The notes under the pieces are model-generated. The model was not told where the DNA came from and searched no databases. It saw only the letters and a program-made list of their open reading frames with translations. 64,000 nucleotides of DNA from a virus, in the IMG/VR virus record IMGVR_UViG_3300027702_000001, one strand, 5' to 3'. The position numbers and the translations under genes were made by a program. Position 1 is the first letter of the stretch, and the number at the start of each line of letters is the position of its first letter. Positions 44,588-53,434 of this stretch are shown piece by piece.

Positions 44588-45025
44588 TTAGCTATTACCG
44601 TTAAACAGTTGTTCTAATTTCTTTCTCATTTTTTCTACTTCTCCGATAAGACCCATTTCCTGAGTCAGTTCAATACTCGAATCAGGGAGATCATCGGGAT
44701 GTTTTTTGAACTCTTGTTTACAAAAGAATTTGTACATCAGAACCGCGTCCGACGACATCGGCGCGATCGTAATGATTCTCTCTTCAGGAATGATAAAGAA
44801 GTCTTCATCCGAGAAGACCATCCATCTCTTGAGTCCTACTGCTACTGCTCTCTTATCTTCAATCATCTTCTCAGTGCTATGCACTTTGCCAGGGTCTTGA
44901 ATGAATGCACAATAGAAACCTTTGTGCTCTTCTACTACAACAACTCTGCCAAGCAGTTCCTCTCCAGATGTAAGTTTAATACATCCGTAGAATTCTTCGT
45001 CGGGTTTGATGTAATTTAGAGACAT
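44588..45025 (-). CDS. conserved hypothetical protein (possible Sm-like fold)
   Basis: YGCIKLTSGEELLGRV...W..FSDEDFFII.E..IITIA. Confidence 0.75.
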   Translation of the reverse strand: MSLNYIKPDEEFYGCIKLTSGEELLGRVVVVEEHKGFYCAFIQDPGKVHSTEKMIEDKRAVAVGLKRWMVFSDEDFFIIPEERIITIAPMSSDAVLMYKFFCKQEFKKHPDDLPDSSIELTQEMGLIGEVEKMRKKLEQLFNGNS

Positions 45026-45026
45026 A

Positions 45027-46487
45027 CTAGTTTCCTAATTTGATTTTAGTGATTGAGTAGTCAAACTTTTCATCCTTGTATTGACGGATACGTTCAACTA
45101 AATGGTTCAAAGTTGCATTATTAAAACGACCATTGCTAATGTCATCTGCAAAATCATATAGTGTTGCCTGACTCTTTGAATCGTGCTTCCGTAGTGCCCT
45201 ACCAATAGACTGAAGATTGCGAATCTTAGACTTGGAGGGTGAGGCAAATATCACATTATGTAAGTTTTTTATATTGATACCAGTTGAGAACGTCCCATAG
45301 GATGCAAGAATAATTGCATTGTCCGTGTCCTCACAGATCTGGCGTGCCTCTTCTCGTTCCTCAGTGGGAACTTTACCGTGGATAAAAAATATATGTTTAT
45401 CCCCTGCTTTACTATTTATCATTTCGTAAAGAGGTTCTCCGTGCTTCTCGACGTAGTTGAATAGAATCAGAGTGTTACCAACCAAATCTCTAGCAAGACC
45501 AGTAATAATATTATTCCTTTTCTCGTGGGATATGATATAATTTATTTCATCAAAGTAAGAGTCGAAACCAATATAATCGTGTTTACACAGCAGTACATTA
45601 ATTTTAAGTTCCGTCAGATGTCCTTTCTTTTGCAGGTCTTTTGTGCGTATAGCATTATTAACCTTGCCAAACATACCTTCCAATTGAAGTTGATGGCACT
45701 GCATACCATCCAACGTACCAGTCAGACCGTATCTGTACTTGGCATTGTGGCACTTATTAAGAATACCTGTCAGCGACTTCGCTTTGTAGAGGTGCGCTTC
45801 ATCGCCGATAACAACATCAAACCTATTAAAGTAATCCTTAGACTCTTTGTAGATAGATTGCCACGTAGAAATGACGACAGGACTCTTGTTATAACGGTCT
45901 CTTCCCCCGTAGATTTTGTGTATTGTGTTGCGAGCGTAGAATCCATATTGTTCAATGTCCTTATAAAGTTGTTCAACCAAAGAGGTTGTTGGTACAATAA
46001 TCAAGATCTCTCTATTATATTGTAGGTGCCATCTGAGAAGGCAGTAGATTATAAATGATTTCCCAGATCCAGTGGGAGAGAGTAATAATCTACGGTTGTG
46101 CCGAAGTGCTGAATAAATGCTTTGGAGTTGGTAATCTCTCGCCTTGAAAGGAGTACCCAGAGATCGAACAAAACCATTAACTGCCTCGGGTGTGATAAGT
46201 GTGTTCTCTTCACCAGGGGTACCTGAGTATTTGTTGTCAACTATTGTATAATCATATTCCTTTTTCTGTAACCATTCTTCAAGATAATGAAACAAACCCA
46301 CAGGTAGTTCACCTGTCCCAGGAGAATACAGTCTGATCAATCCATCCCAATACTTGTAGCGTTTCTGTTGCTTCAGAAATTTTGCTTCTGGTACTGCAAA
46401 TGTAAAGTAATCACTTAACTCTCTATGCTGAGATAACTCAGCACCGATCCTAAGGAACGTTTCATTCTTCTTTTCAATGGTAACCAT
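45027..46487 (-). CDS. uvsW: SF2 DNA helicase
   Basis: RDYQ, SPTGSGKS, DEAH, GLTGT, QSIGRALR. Confidence 0.95.
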   Translation of the reverse strand: MVTIEKKNETFLRIGAELSQHRELSDYFTFAVPEAKFLKQQKRYKYWDGLIRLYSPGTGELPVGLFHYLEEWLQKKEYDYTIVDNKYSGTPGEENTLITPEAVNGFVRSLGTPFKARDYQLQSIYSALRHNRRLLLSPTGSGKSFIIYCLLRWHLQYNREILIIVPTTSLVEQLYKDIEQYGFYARNTIHKIYGGRDRYNKSPVVISTWQSIYKESKDYFNRFDVVIGDEAHLYKAKSLTGILNKCHNAKYRYGLTGTLDGMQCHQLQLEGMFGKVNNAIRTKDLQKKGHLTELKINVLLCKHDYIGFDSYFDEINYIISHEKRNNIITGLARDLVGNTLILFNYVEKHGEPLYEMINSKAGDKHIFFIHGKVPTEEREEARQICEDTDNAIILASYGTFSTGINIKNLHNVIFASPSKSKIRNLQSIGRALRKHDSKSQATLYDFADDISNGRFNNATLNHLVERIRQYKDEKFDYSITKIKLGN

Positions 46488-46909
46488 TAGACAGGGAACT
46501 CAAACCGCTTTGCGTCAATCGCGTTCTTCACTTGGAATCCACGATTGTTGATCATCTTTAAGATGTTCTCAATATAATTTATACAAGTTTCGAAATAAGT
46601 TACCCTTAAGGATTGCTTCTGAATATCTTCATCAGAATCTAGGAAGGTGTTTAGATCTCCCTTGAGTACCTTTAGATCAAAGACTTGATTGTTCTCGTCC
46701 GTTTTCTTTCCGCTATACCACAACCACTTTTCACGGTAACACCTCTTGAGTTTGCACTTCTCATCCTCAAGAATTAGTTTGTATTTGTTGTAGTAGATAT
46801 GGTACTTCTGATGTAAACTTGCTATCTGCAAGGACTCGCTGCCCAAATCTGCCTCATTAAAAATAGAGTCCTTAGACCAGGACTCCTGCAACTCTTCAAG
46901 TAATGCCAT
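46487..46909 (-). CDS. uvsY: recombination mediator
   Basis: WSKDS, LHQKY, YSGK, RGFQVKNAI; position next to uvsW. Confidence 0.9.
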   Translation of the reverse strand: MALLEELQESWSKDSIFNEADLGSESLQIASLHQKYHIYYNKYKLILEDEKCKLKRCYREKWLWYSGKKTDENNQVFDLKVLKGDLNTFLDSDEDIQKQSLRVTYFETCINYIENILKMINNRGFQVKNAIDAKRFEFPV

Positions 46910-46912
46910 AAA

Positions 46913-47473
46913 TTAAGATAAATTTTTCTTTCTACCACCCTCGATTGCTTGGATCTCGTATGATAGGTAATCGAATGATACGATTGATTGGAAATATTCT
47001 TGGTCACTAAGCGTACCGTCAAACTCTAGTGTACTAAGTTCCACTGGTTTCAAGTTCGTAAAGACGACATTGTATAGAGGTTGGAAGTTAGAGTTGAGGA
47101 TAGTCAGTGTACCGTCAGCAAAGATGAGATCATCACCTAAACCTTTGATGTTGTTCTCAGGAGTTGCGTCGATCATCTGCTGACGTTCTTCGAACTTCTC
47201 TGGAACTGCAAGACCACGCATCCAGTTATGAAGGATCAAATAGTTCTCCATATTTTCATCTACAAGAAACTGTAGATTGAAACGACCGTAGTCAAGAGTA
47301 CCTTCAAGGTAGGTGCTTCTGTATGGTGTGGGTTGCTCAACCAAACTCATAGAGATGTTTGGTACGTTTGCCATTTGTGCGAAGTATGCAACCTTAGGAT
47401 ACTTTGCCAATGTAAAGCGAAACCCACCTGGACTGAGGAAATTCCTATTGCTTATTTGCGTTTGAAAAGACAT
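46913..47473 (-). CDS. gp3: tail tube terminator / completion protein (gp3-like)
   Basis: NFLSPGGFRF, FLVDENMENY..LHNWM, DGTLTILNS; ATAAATA at 47502-47508. Confidence 0.85.
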   Translation of the reverse strand: MSFQTQISNRNFLSPGGFRFTLAKYPKVAYFAQMANVPNISMSLVEQPTPYRSTYLEGTLDYGRFNLQFLVDENMENYLILHNWMRGLAVPEKFEERQQMIDATPENNIKGLGDDLIFADGTLTILNSNFQPLYNVVFTNLKPVELSTLEFDGTLSDQEYFQSIVSFDYLSYEIQAIEGGRKKNLS

Positions 47474-47504
47474 TATCTAAATGATTGGGTTCCGCCAATT
47501 CTAT

Positions 47505-47672
47505 TTATCCACGATATTCTTGCAGCATATGGAGAACACGGTTAAGCATAAAATGTGCACCGTCCTCCCAGTCTTTAGTTGCTCCTTTATACTGCTTGTC
47601 AAAAATTTCAGTTTTTAGTTTTAGAACTCTGAGGTTGATTTCTTCTTTTGTCACGTAGTTCCTACCAGACAT
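47505..47672 (-). CDS. 55-aa hypothetical protein (MSGRNYVTKEEINLRVLKLK...)
   Basis: C-terminal part of track ORF 47505..48005; ATG at 47672 lies after the gp23 terminator. Confidence 0.65.
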   Translation of the reverse strand: MSGRNYVTKEEINLRVLKLKTEIFDKQYKGATKDWEDGAHFMLNRVLHMLQEYRG

Positions 47673-47700
47673 TTTACTCACTAATACTAATATATTTAAC

Positions 47701-47727
47701 AAAAAAAAGGACCCCGAAGGGTCCTTT
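47701..47727 (-). terminator. intrinsic terminator after gp23
   Basis: AAAGGACCC-TTCG-GGGTCCTTT plus T-run. Confidence 0.88.
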
Positions 47728-47751
47728 GAGTAAACAAATATAAGCGATCGC

Positions 47752-49119
47752 TTACATAAGGTTGTCAACCAAACTACGTCTGTAGTAACGGTTAGCGTTA
47801 GCAGTAAGAGCACCGCTACCTTGAGTTGTACCTTCAGCAAATGGGTTTGCAACAAGACCGTATCTTGTCTTAAATCCGATTTTTGGTTGGAAGGTGTCCT
47901 GACCAACCGCACGAACCATCTGAAGAGGAACGTATGGGCAGTAGAACAGTCCAGCATCATATGCAGAACTACCTTTGTATCCAGCAACGTAGAAGTGTCT
48001 GTCACTTACGTTTGCAGAATATGGGTCAACGTAAACCTTGATTCTTCCGTTAAGAGTACCAGCAAGAGTGCTGCTATTGTCATCAGGAAGTAGTCCACTG
48101 TTGCCAGAAAGAGCAGGAGTATAATCAAGAACGCCTGCCATTGACAATGCAGATGCAACGTCAGCAGAACAGATCAAGATGTTACCCTTCCCGCGTCTAG
48201 TCTCGTGACCGATCGCGTTCATATCTCTTTCGATGTTGAAAAGAAGACCTTTGAACTTCTCTACAGACCATCTACCGTTGGAGTCAACGTCAAGATCGAA
48301 GATACCAGCAGTTGCAGTGTTAGACTGAGAACCAGGTCTTGCAACCTTGTACACAGTACGAACAACTTCACGGTTGATTTCAGCAAGAACCTCAGTAGAC
48401 AAGATGTTTGCCAACTCAGATTCAGCGTCCAATCCGTGAACTGCCTTAAGATCTTGAGCAAGTTCCAAACTGTACTCTGCCTTGAGTGCTCTGGACTTCG
48501 CAGTCACAGTAACTTTCTCAATGCTGAAGTTCATTTCAGCGAAGGCATTAGAACCAGTACCTAGAGTCTCTGACTCATCGGTTCTCATTCCTGTACCGTT
48601 GGTGTATGTACCAGAGTCGTTAAGAAGACCTGGGTTTGATCCTGCCTGAGCAGAACCTGCAGAACCGAATCCACTAGTTCCAGCGGCGTCAGTACCAGTG
48701 AACTGTGAATCTGATTCGTTGAAGAATGCTTCAGTACCAGATGCTCTGTTAGTACCGTATCTAGATCTCATTGCGAAGATCAGACCAGTAGGACCAGTCA
48801 TAGGTTGAACACCTGCAATGTCATAAGCAATAAGCTTAGGCATTGAACGTCTGATCAAGGAGATCAGAACAGGGTCGAAACCTGCAACAGGACCAGTAGC
48901 AGTAGCATCAGCAGAGAAACCTGCTGCTGAACTTGAAGATCCAGTAGCGTTAGTAGGTGCTGCCTCAGTAAGGATGCCTCTTTCTTCTTTTAAAAATGAT
49001 TCTTGGTTTTCGAGCAGAATTGCGGTGACCGCTTTCTTGTAGTTGTCCTTGATGGAATCAAGACCCTCACAATTAAGAACGGGTGACCACTTCTCCTGCA
49101 GATGTTCGGATTTGAACAT
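47752..49119 (-). CDS. gp23: major capsid protein
   Basis: EKWSPVL, FDPVLISL, QPMTGPTGLIFAMR, LKAEYSLELAQDLKAVHGLDAE, PKIGFKTRYG. Confidence 0.98.
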   Translation of the reverse strand: MFKSEHLQEKWSPVLNCEGLDSIKDNYKKAVTAILLENQESFLKEERGILTEAAPTNATGSSSSAAGFSADATATGPVAGFDPVLISLIRRSMPKLIAYDIAGVQPMTGPTGLIFAMRSRYGTNRASGTEAFFNESDSQFTGTDAAGTSGFGSAGSAQAGSNPGLLNDSGTYTNGTGMRTDESETLGTGSNAFAEMNFSIEKVTVTAKSRALKAEYSLELAQDLKAVHGLDAESELANILSTEVLAEINREVVRTVYKVARPGSQSNTATAGIFDLDVDSNGRWSVEKFKGLLFNIERDMNAIGHETRRGKGNILICSADVASALSMAGVLDYTPALSGNSGLLPDDNSSTLAGTLNGRIKVYVDPYSANVSDRHFYVAGYKGSSAYDAGLFYCPYVPLQMVRAVGQDTFQPKIGFKTRYGLVANPFAEGTTQGSGALTANANRYYRRSLVDNLM

Positions 49120-49171
49120 TGCGTTTTACCTCTTTGGGTTTAATAGGGAAAAAATAGTTTAATGACTAAAA

Positions 49172-50161
49172 TCACTTAGTCCAGCGTCTGATGGCGTCAA
49201 CGTACTTGGACATTGAATCAGACATATCTGTATCCACAACTGGTTGAACATCTTCGGCAATCGTTTCAGATGCAGTTTGTGGTTTGCTGCTAAAATAAGA
49301 CTCCTTGAGAGTTTCAATTTTGCTGCGGAATGACTCTTCATTTTCAAACTCAACACCTTCAGAGAGACTTCCAAGTTTCTCCTTCTCGGTTTGGGCGAGA
49401 CCTTCTGCGATCTCAGTCACGATTCCATTCTTAACATAACCTGCCACTTGGTGTGTAAGGTCAACGTTCTTATCAATTTGTTCGTTGAGTTTTGCTTCCA
49501 TCTGATCAAGTTCAGTCACCATATCAGTAATGATGTCTGCCTTCTCCTCGGGAACCTCAATGTGGTTCTCGACGAAAACTTTTTTAAGACCTGCAACCAC
49601 GCTCTCAGCAATCTCTGCTTTGAGACCAGTTTCAACTGCGAGTTGGTTGGCGTCGATCCACTGCTGAGTAGCATAAGTTAGATACTCATCTACTTGCTCA
49701 GCAAGTGTAGTCTTAACTGCTTCGACTTCCTCAGAAAGTGTACCTGCGTATTCCTTATGAACACGGTCAAGTTCCTCGTTGAGGCGTGATACAACAGCGG
49801 CTTCGAAGATCGTCGCTGCTTTTGCTTTGAACTCTTCAGAAAGATCTTCGCCTTCTGTAAGAGCGGCAACGTCAGCAGAAAGGTCGATCTCAATAAGATC
49901 TTCGCCTGGAGCGTTTTCTGCTTCCACCGATTCTGCCTTCTGAGGTGATGCTGCAGAAGGTTTTGTCTTAGGTGATGCTGCCTGTGTTTGTGATGGAGTC
50001 TTCAGTTTGTTAGACTCATCATCAGGTTTTGAGTTCTGAGGTGTAGGACCTCCGAGATTCTCAACGCCACCCAAAGAAGAACCATCAGCAACAGCACCGT
50101 CGAATTTTGCTTCGGTGACTTGCTTTTCTTCGGATGCCATTACTTCATTCTCTTGTGACAT
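49172..50161 (-). CDS. gp22: prohead core scaffold protein
   Basis: LSEEFKAKAATIFEAAV, DEYLTYA..W; TATAAATA at 50201-50208. Confidence 0.93.
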   Translation of the reverse strand: MSQENEVMASEEKQVTEAKFDGAVADGSSLGGVENLGGPTPQNSKPDDESNKLKTPSQTQAASPKTKPSAASPQKAESVEAENAPGEDLIEIDLSADVAALTEGEDLSEEFKAKAATIFEAAVVSRLNEELDRVHKEYAGTLSEEVEAVKTTLAEQVDEYLTYATQQWIDANQLAVETGLKAEIAESVVAGLKKVFVENHIEVPEEKADIITDMVTELDQMEAKLNEQIDKNVDLTHQVAGYVKNGIVTEIAEGLAQTEKEKLGSLSEGVEFENEESFRSKIETLKESYFSSKPQTASETIAEDVQPVVDTDMSDSMSKYVDAIRRWTK

Positions 50162-50209
50162 TAGAGTTGTCTCCTTAGTAGTCTTTGCTATTCGTAAAAA
50201 TATTTATAA

Positions 50210-50860
50210 TCACAGGGTATTCAAAAAATTTGAAAACGCGGAAATCTTCCGCTCTTCAAGTACCCTTTGATTAGCAGCGTTGTCGATTTGCTTCTTCATA
50301 GTGGCAATTTCAGACTCTTGCATAAGTCCGTTATTCCAGACCCATTCTTTGCCTTCCATAATTCCATTAACAAAAGCATCTGGTGCTGAGGGATCAGCAA
50401 CAATATCTGCTGCGGTTGCCAACATAAAATCATCAGCAACGACTTTCGATCCATCTCTTGTTTCTTGGAGTGATCCAATACCACGAGATGAAACGCCTAG
50501 TTTTACACCTTCATCTAGAAGTGAACGTGTAATGTTACCCATAGGAGTATCTAGGATTCTTGCTCTGCCTCTAAAGTTATTACCTTCTTGAACCAGAGAT
50601 GTGATCAGATGTGAAACTCGATCAAGGTTCACAGTAGGACCATCGGGATGACCCAACTCTCCTAGTGCGCGACCGCTTTTAACGTATGACTCGTTGTATT
50701 TAGCAACTTCGCGTACCAGAGTATTAATAGGGTACATTCTTCCGTTGCGATTTTTGATCTCGCCTTGTAGGAATGTTCCTTCTATGTATAGGTTTTTCTT
50801 ACCGTTCTTCTCCTCACTAAGGATCTGAACGTCTTCAATCTGTTCCGTGATCAGTTTCAT
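50210..50860 (-). CDS. gp21: prohead protease
   Basis: NRNGRMY, GELGHP, GVSSRGIGS, DIVADPSAPDA. Confidence 0.96.
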   Translation of the reverse strand: MKLITEQIEDVQILSEEKNGKKNLYIEGTFLQGEIKNRNGRMYPINTLVREVAKYNESYVKSGRALGELGHPDGPTVNLDRVSHLITSLVQEGNNFRGRARILDTPMGNITRSLLDEGVKLGVSSRGIGSLQETRDGSKVVADDFMLATAADIVADPSAPDAFVNGIMEGKEWVWNNGLMQESEIATMKKQIDNAANQRVLEERKISAFSNFLNTL

Positions 50861-51032
50861 CTGTGGGTTCCTCTTGAGTTTCGGGTTTCATCCAGTCACC
50901 TGCAATTTCTTTCTTCTTTGCTTCTAGAGCATCAGCAGTCATTGCTTTCATTGCGTCATCAACTTCTGAACTGAGATCTTTGTTCCCAGAAAAAAGTTTG
51001 TTGACAATTTCTTTCGCTTGGATGGATGGCAT
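50835..51032 (-). CDS. small prohead core-region protein (position of T4 gp67/gp68), 65 aa
   Basis: MPSIQAKEIVNKLF...; start moved from the track (51167) to ATG 51032 after CTAAATA. Confidence 0.65.
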   Translation of the reverse strand: MPSIQAKEIVNKLFSGNKDLSSEVDDAMKAMTADALEAKKKEIAGDWMKPETQEEPTDETDHGTD

Positions 51033-51057
51033 AATAAATGTCCTCGTATAATAATAT

Positions 51058-52680
51058 TTAGAATTCTCCGCGTTTATAGTCTGCTGGAGCGACTGATTCG
51101 ACACCGCTTGGACCTTCTTCTTCCTGAACTTCACCTTCCATTCCCATTCCACCTGCCATCGGTTCACCTGTCATAGGATCAATCGAAGCGGGGTCAGGGA
51201 TCTTACCTTCTTCAATTTCCTTCTCAATCTGTTCGTCGATCTCAGTGATCTCCGCTTCAGTATGCTTAAGAATTTGACGACGGATATAGTCAGCAGAGAA
51301 GTATCTACCAACGAAAGGATCCATTGTTTGAACAAGATTCAAACGCTCTGTTAGAATCTCTTTCTCTTTTAGTTCAGAGAAATAGTTGTCAGCAATATAA
51401 TCATATTGAATATGCTCTGACATATCTTCCCACTCTTCAATGCTGATAACGCCTTTCAGAATGAGTTGAGTTTTAAGTAGATCGTGAAGCAGTTCAGAGA
51501 ACTTCTTACGCAAACGAGTTACGAACTTTTGGAACTTAATCTCGTCACGTGTGATCTCTGCTGCGCGACCTAGGTTGAAGGTTGACTCTGATTCCAGTCT
51601 TGATTCTGGAACGTTGAGTGCACGGTAGAGTTTCTTCTGGAAGTATTTGACATCCTCAAGTTCTCCAAGATTTTGTCCACCTGGGAGCGTAGTGATTTCA
51701 GTACCTCGTCCCCCTTCTCTTCTGGGTAACCAGAAATCTTCGAGCATCGACATAAATTTTCTGTCATCTCTTATTTCTCCTGTGTCTGCATTGTAAACCA
51801 ACTTGTTTCTATAACGAGACATAACCTCGCGGAGATATTGTTCTGCCTTTTGCTTAGGAAGATTACCAACATCAATATAGAAAATACGACGCTCAGGTGC
51901 TCTTGACAGTCTGTAAATAACAAGACTATCCTCGATCATCCTCAGTTGGTTGAGCGCCTTGATTGACTTATGCAAATGTGACATAATCACATTCTTGTTC
52001 ATATCTTTCAAACCACTGTGGGCGAAAGCAATTGCATCAGGAGCAACCTTGATACCAGAGGTTTCCATTGCTCGGAGACCTTTGGGATTGTAAACGTAAT
52101 ACTCTGCAGACTTACCAGCAATCTGCGCTTCCATTGTTCTTGGATCGACAAACTGTTTATCCTTAGGACGCTCCAGTTCAACAACCTTTCTGATTTTTCT
52201 AGGATCAATATATCTTAGTTCTGTGATACCACCTCTAGGGTTCTTGGTATCAATCATCTTGTGGTAGTAGATCTTCCCGTCAATATACCAGCGACGGAAA
52301 ATATCATATGCTTTCTTGTCAAAGTCAAGCAAACGGAGGATGTTAAAGAACTCCTCTCTAATTCTTTTCTTGATAGTACCACTGACTTTGAGATTAGATA
52401 ACTCTACGTCTACAGGACTGTCATCTAACTCACCAGCGATTGCTTCGTTTACTACATCGTCAATAGCGCGATCACATTCAGGATGAATTGACATTGCGCG
52501 ATAACGACGGATTAGATCGTTTTCGTCTTTGTATGTTCCATCAAGATCAATGGCGGTACCGAAATAACCACCACCTGCAACTGGTGTCGCTGCATCATCT
52601 GACTCTTTACGCACGAAAGAAGGACCCTTCGCAGAGTCCTTCTTGGCACGTTCAAGAGAATAACCAAAAAGTTGGGACAT
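51058..52680 (-). CDS. gp20: portal protein
   Basis: IFRRWYIDG, IYRLSRAPERRIFYIDVGNLPK, EDFWLPRREGGRGTEI; TATAAATA at 52707-52714. Confidence 0.97.
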   Translation of the reverse strand: MSQLFGYSLERAKKDSAKGPSFVRKESDDAATPVAGGGYFGTAIDLDGTYKDENDLIRRYRAMSIHPECDRAIDDVVNEAIAGELDDSPVDVELSNLKVSGTIKKRIREEFFNILRLLDFDKKAYDIFRRWYIDGKIYYHKMIDTKNPRGGITELRYIDPRKIRKVVELERPKDKQFVDPRTMEAQIAGKSAEYYVYNPKGLRAMETSGIKVAPDAIAFAHSGLKDMNKNVIMSHLHKSIKALNQLRMIEDSLVIYRLSRAPERRIFYIDVGNLPKQKAEQYLREVMSRYRNKLVYNADTGEIRDDRKFMSMLEDFWLPRREGGRGTEITTLPGGQNLGELEDVKYFQKKLYRALNVPESRLESESTFNLGRAAEITRDEIKFQKFVTRLRKKFSELLHDLLKTQLILKGVISIEEWEDMSEHIQYDYIADNYFSELKEKEILTERLNLVQTMDPFVGRYFSADYIRRQILKHTEAEITEIDEQIEKEIEEGKIPDPASIDPMTGEPMAGGMGMEGEVQEEEGPSGVESVAPADYKRGEF

Positions 52681-52734
52681 CTAATTATTAGAATTTTCTT
52701 CCCAACTATTTATAAGGTTTCAAATTAACTTTAT

Positions 52735-53406
52735 TTAATTTGAGTTTCCAGTGTTGACGTCAGTGTCATAAGTCCAGTATTGAACTTGGAATTCGACGGT
52801 GTACTCTTCTGGTGTATCTGTGGTTCCCCAGTCAAGATCGATCGCAGAAATGTTAGATGGCCAGATACCTTCGAACTTGTATGTACGAATGATCTTACCT
52901 TTTCTATCCATCTGTCTAACTTTTGCCATCGCTTGATAATCAGCAATGGTGTTAGAGTTCTGGAAGTTCTGCTGTAGTGCTTGAATGTTGGTGGACCAAG
53001 ATTCGAAGAACGCTCTCATCTTGAATGACTGATCGTTTAGAACAGTAACGGTCCAAGGTTCGAATGTTCTGTCGCCAGCAACCTTGAGGATTCTTCCTCT
53101 GTAAGGAACTTCCACAACACCAACTGTTGATGCAGGGATGTTTGCTGCCTTCACAAGGAAGGTACCGAATGCGGATGCTTCGGAAGCGTTTAGTTGTGAC
53201 TCACCAGATGAGTTTTCAGTTGCTTCTGCATTAGAACCTGAAACTCCACCTGACTGAGGTGATACCCCATCCTGAAGGATTGGGGGTGCATAGATCTCGC
53301 ACTGAAATAGATTGGGGCGTGCGAAATCTTTGACTTGATCTCGGAAGGAGAAGATCGGAGCTCGTACCGAACTCTGCTCCACCTGTCCTGGTTGTTGTTC
53401 TGCCAT
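52735..53406 (-). CDS. gp19: tail tube protein
   Basis: ARPNLF, PYRGR..K.AGDRTFEPWTVTV.ND, WPSNISAIDLDW. Confidence 0.93.
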   Translation of the reverse strand: MAEQQPGQVEQSSVRAPIFSFRDQVKDFARPNLFQCEIYAPPILQDGVSPQSGGVSGSNAEATENSSGESQLNASEASAFGTFLVKAANIPASTVGVVEVPYRGRILKVAGDRTFEPWTVTVLNDQSFKMRAFFESWSTNIQALQQNFQNSNTIADYQAMAKVRQMDRKGKIIRTYKFEGIWPSNISAIDLDWGTTDTPEEYTVEFQVQYWTYDTDVNTGNSN

Positions 53407-53434
53407 TGTTTTAACTCCTAGTTAGACTCTTGAA

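Noticed and set aside
45525-46025. 166-aa plus-strand ORF (also 57372..57857, 62366..62794 and many 60-130 aa track ORFs)
   Set aside because: Lie wholly antisense to or out of frame within well-supported genes (uvsW, gp17, etc.); expected shadows of biased codon usage
47673-48005. N-terminal part of track ORF 47505..48005
   Set aside because: Overlaps the gp23 3' end and crosses its terminator; only the 55-aa C-terminal ORF from ATG 47672 is credible
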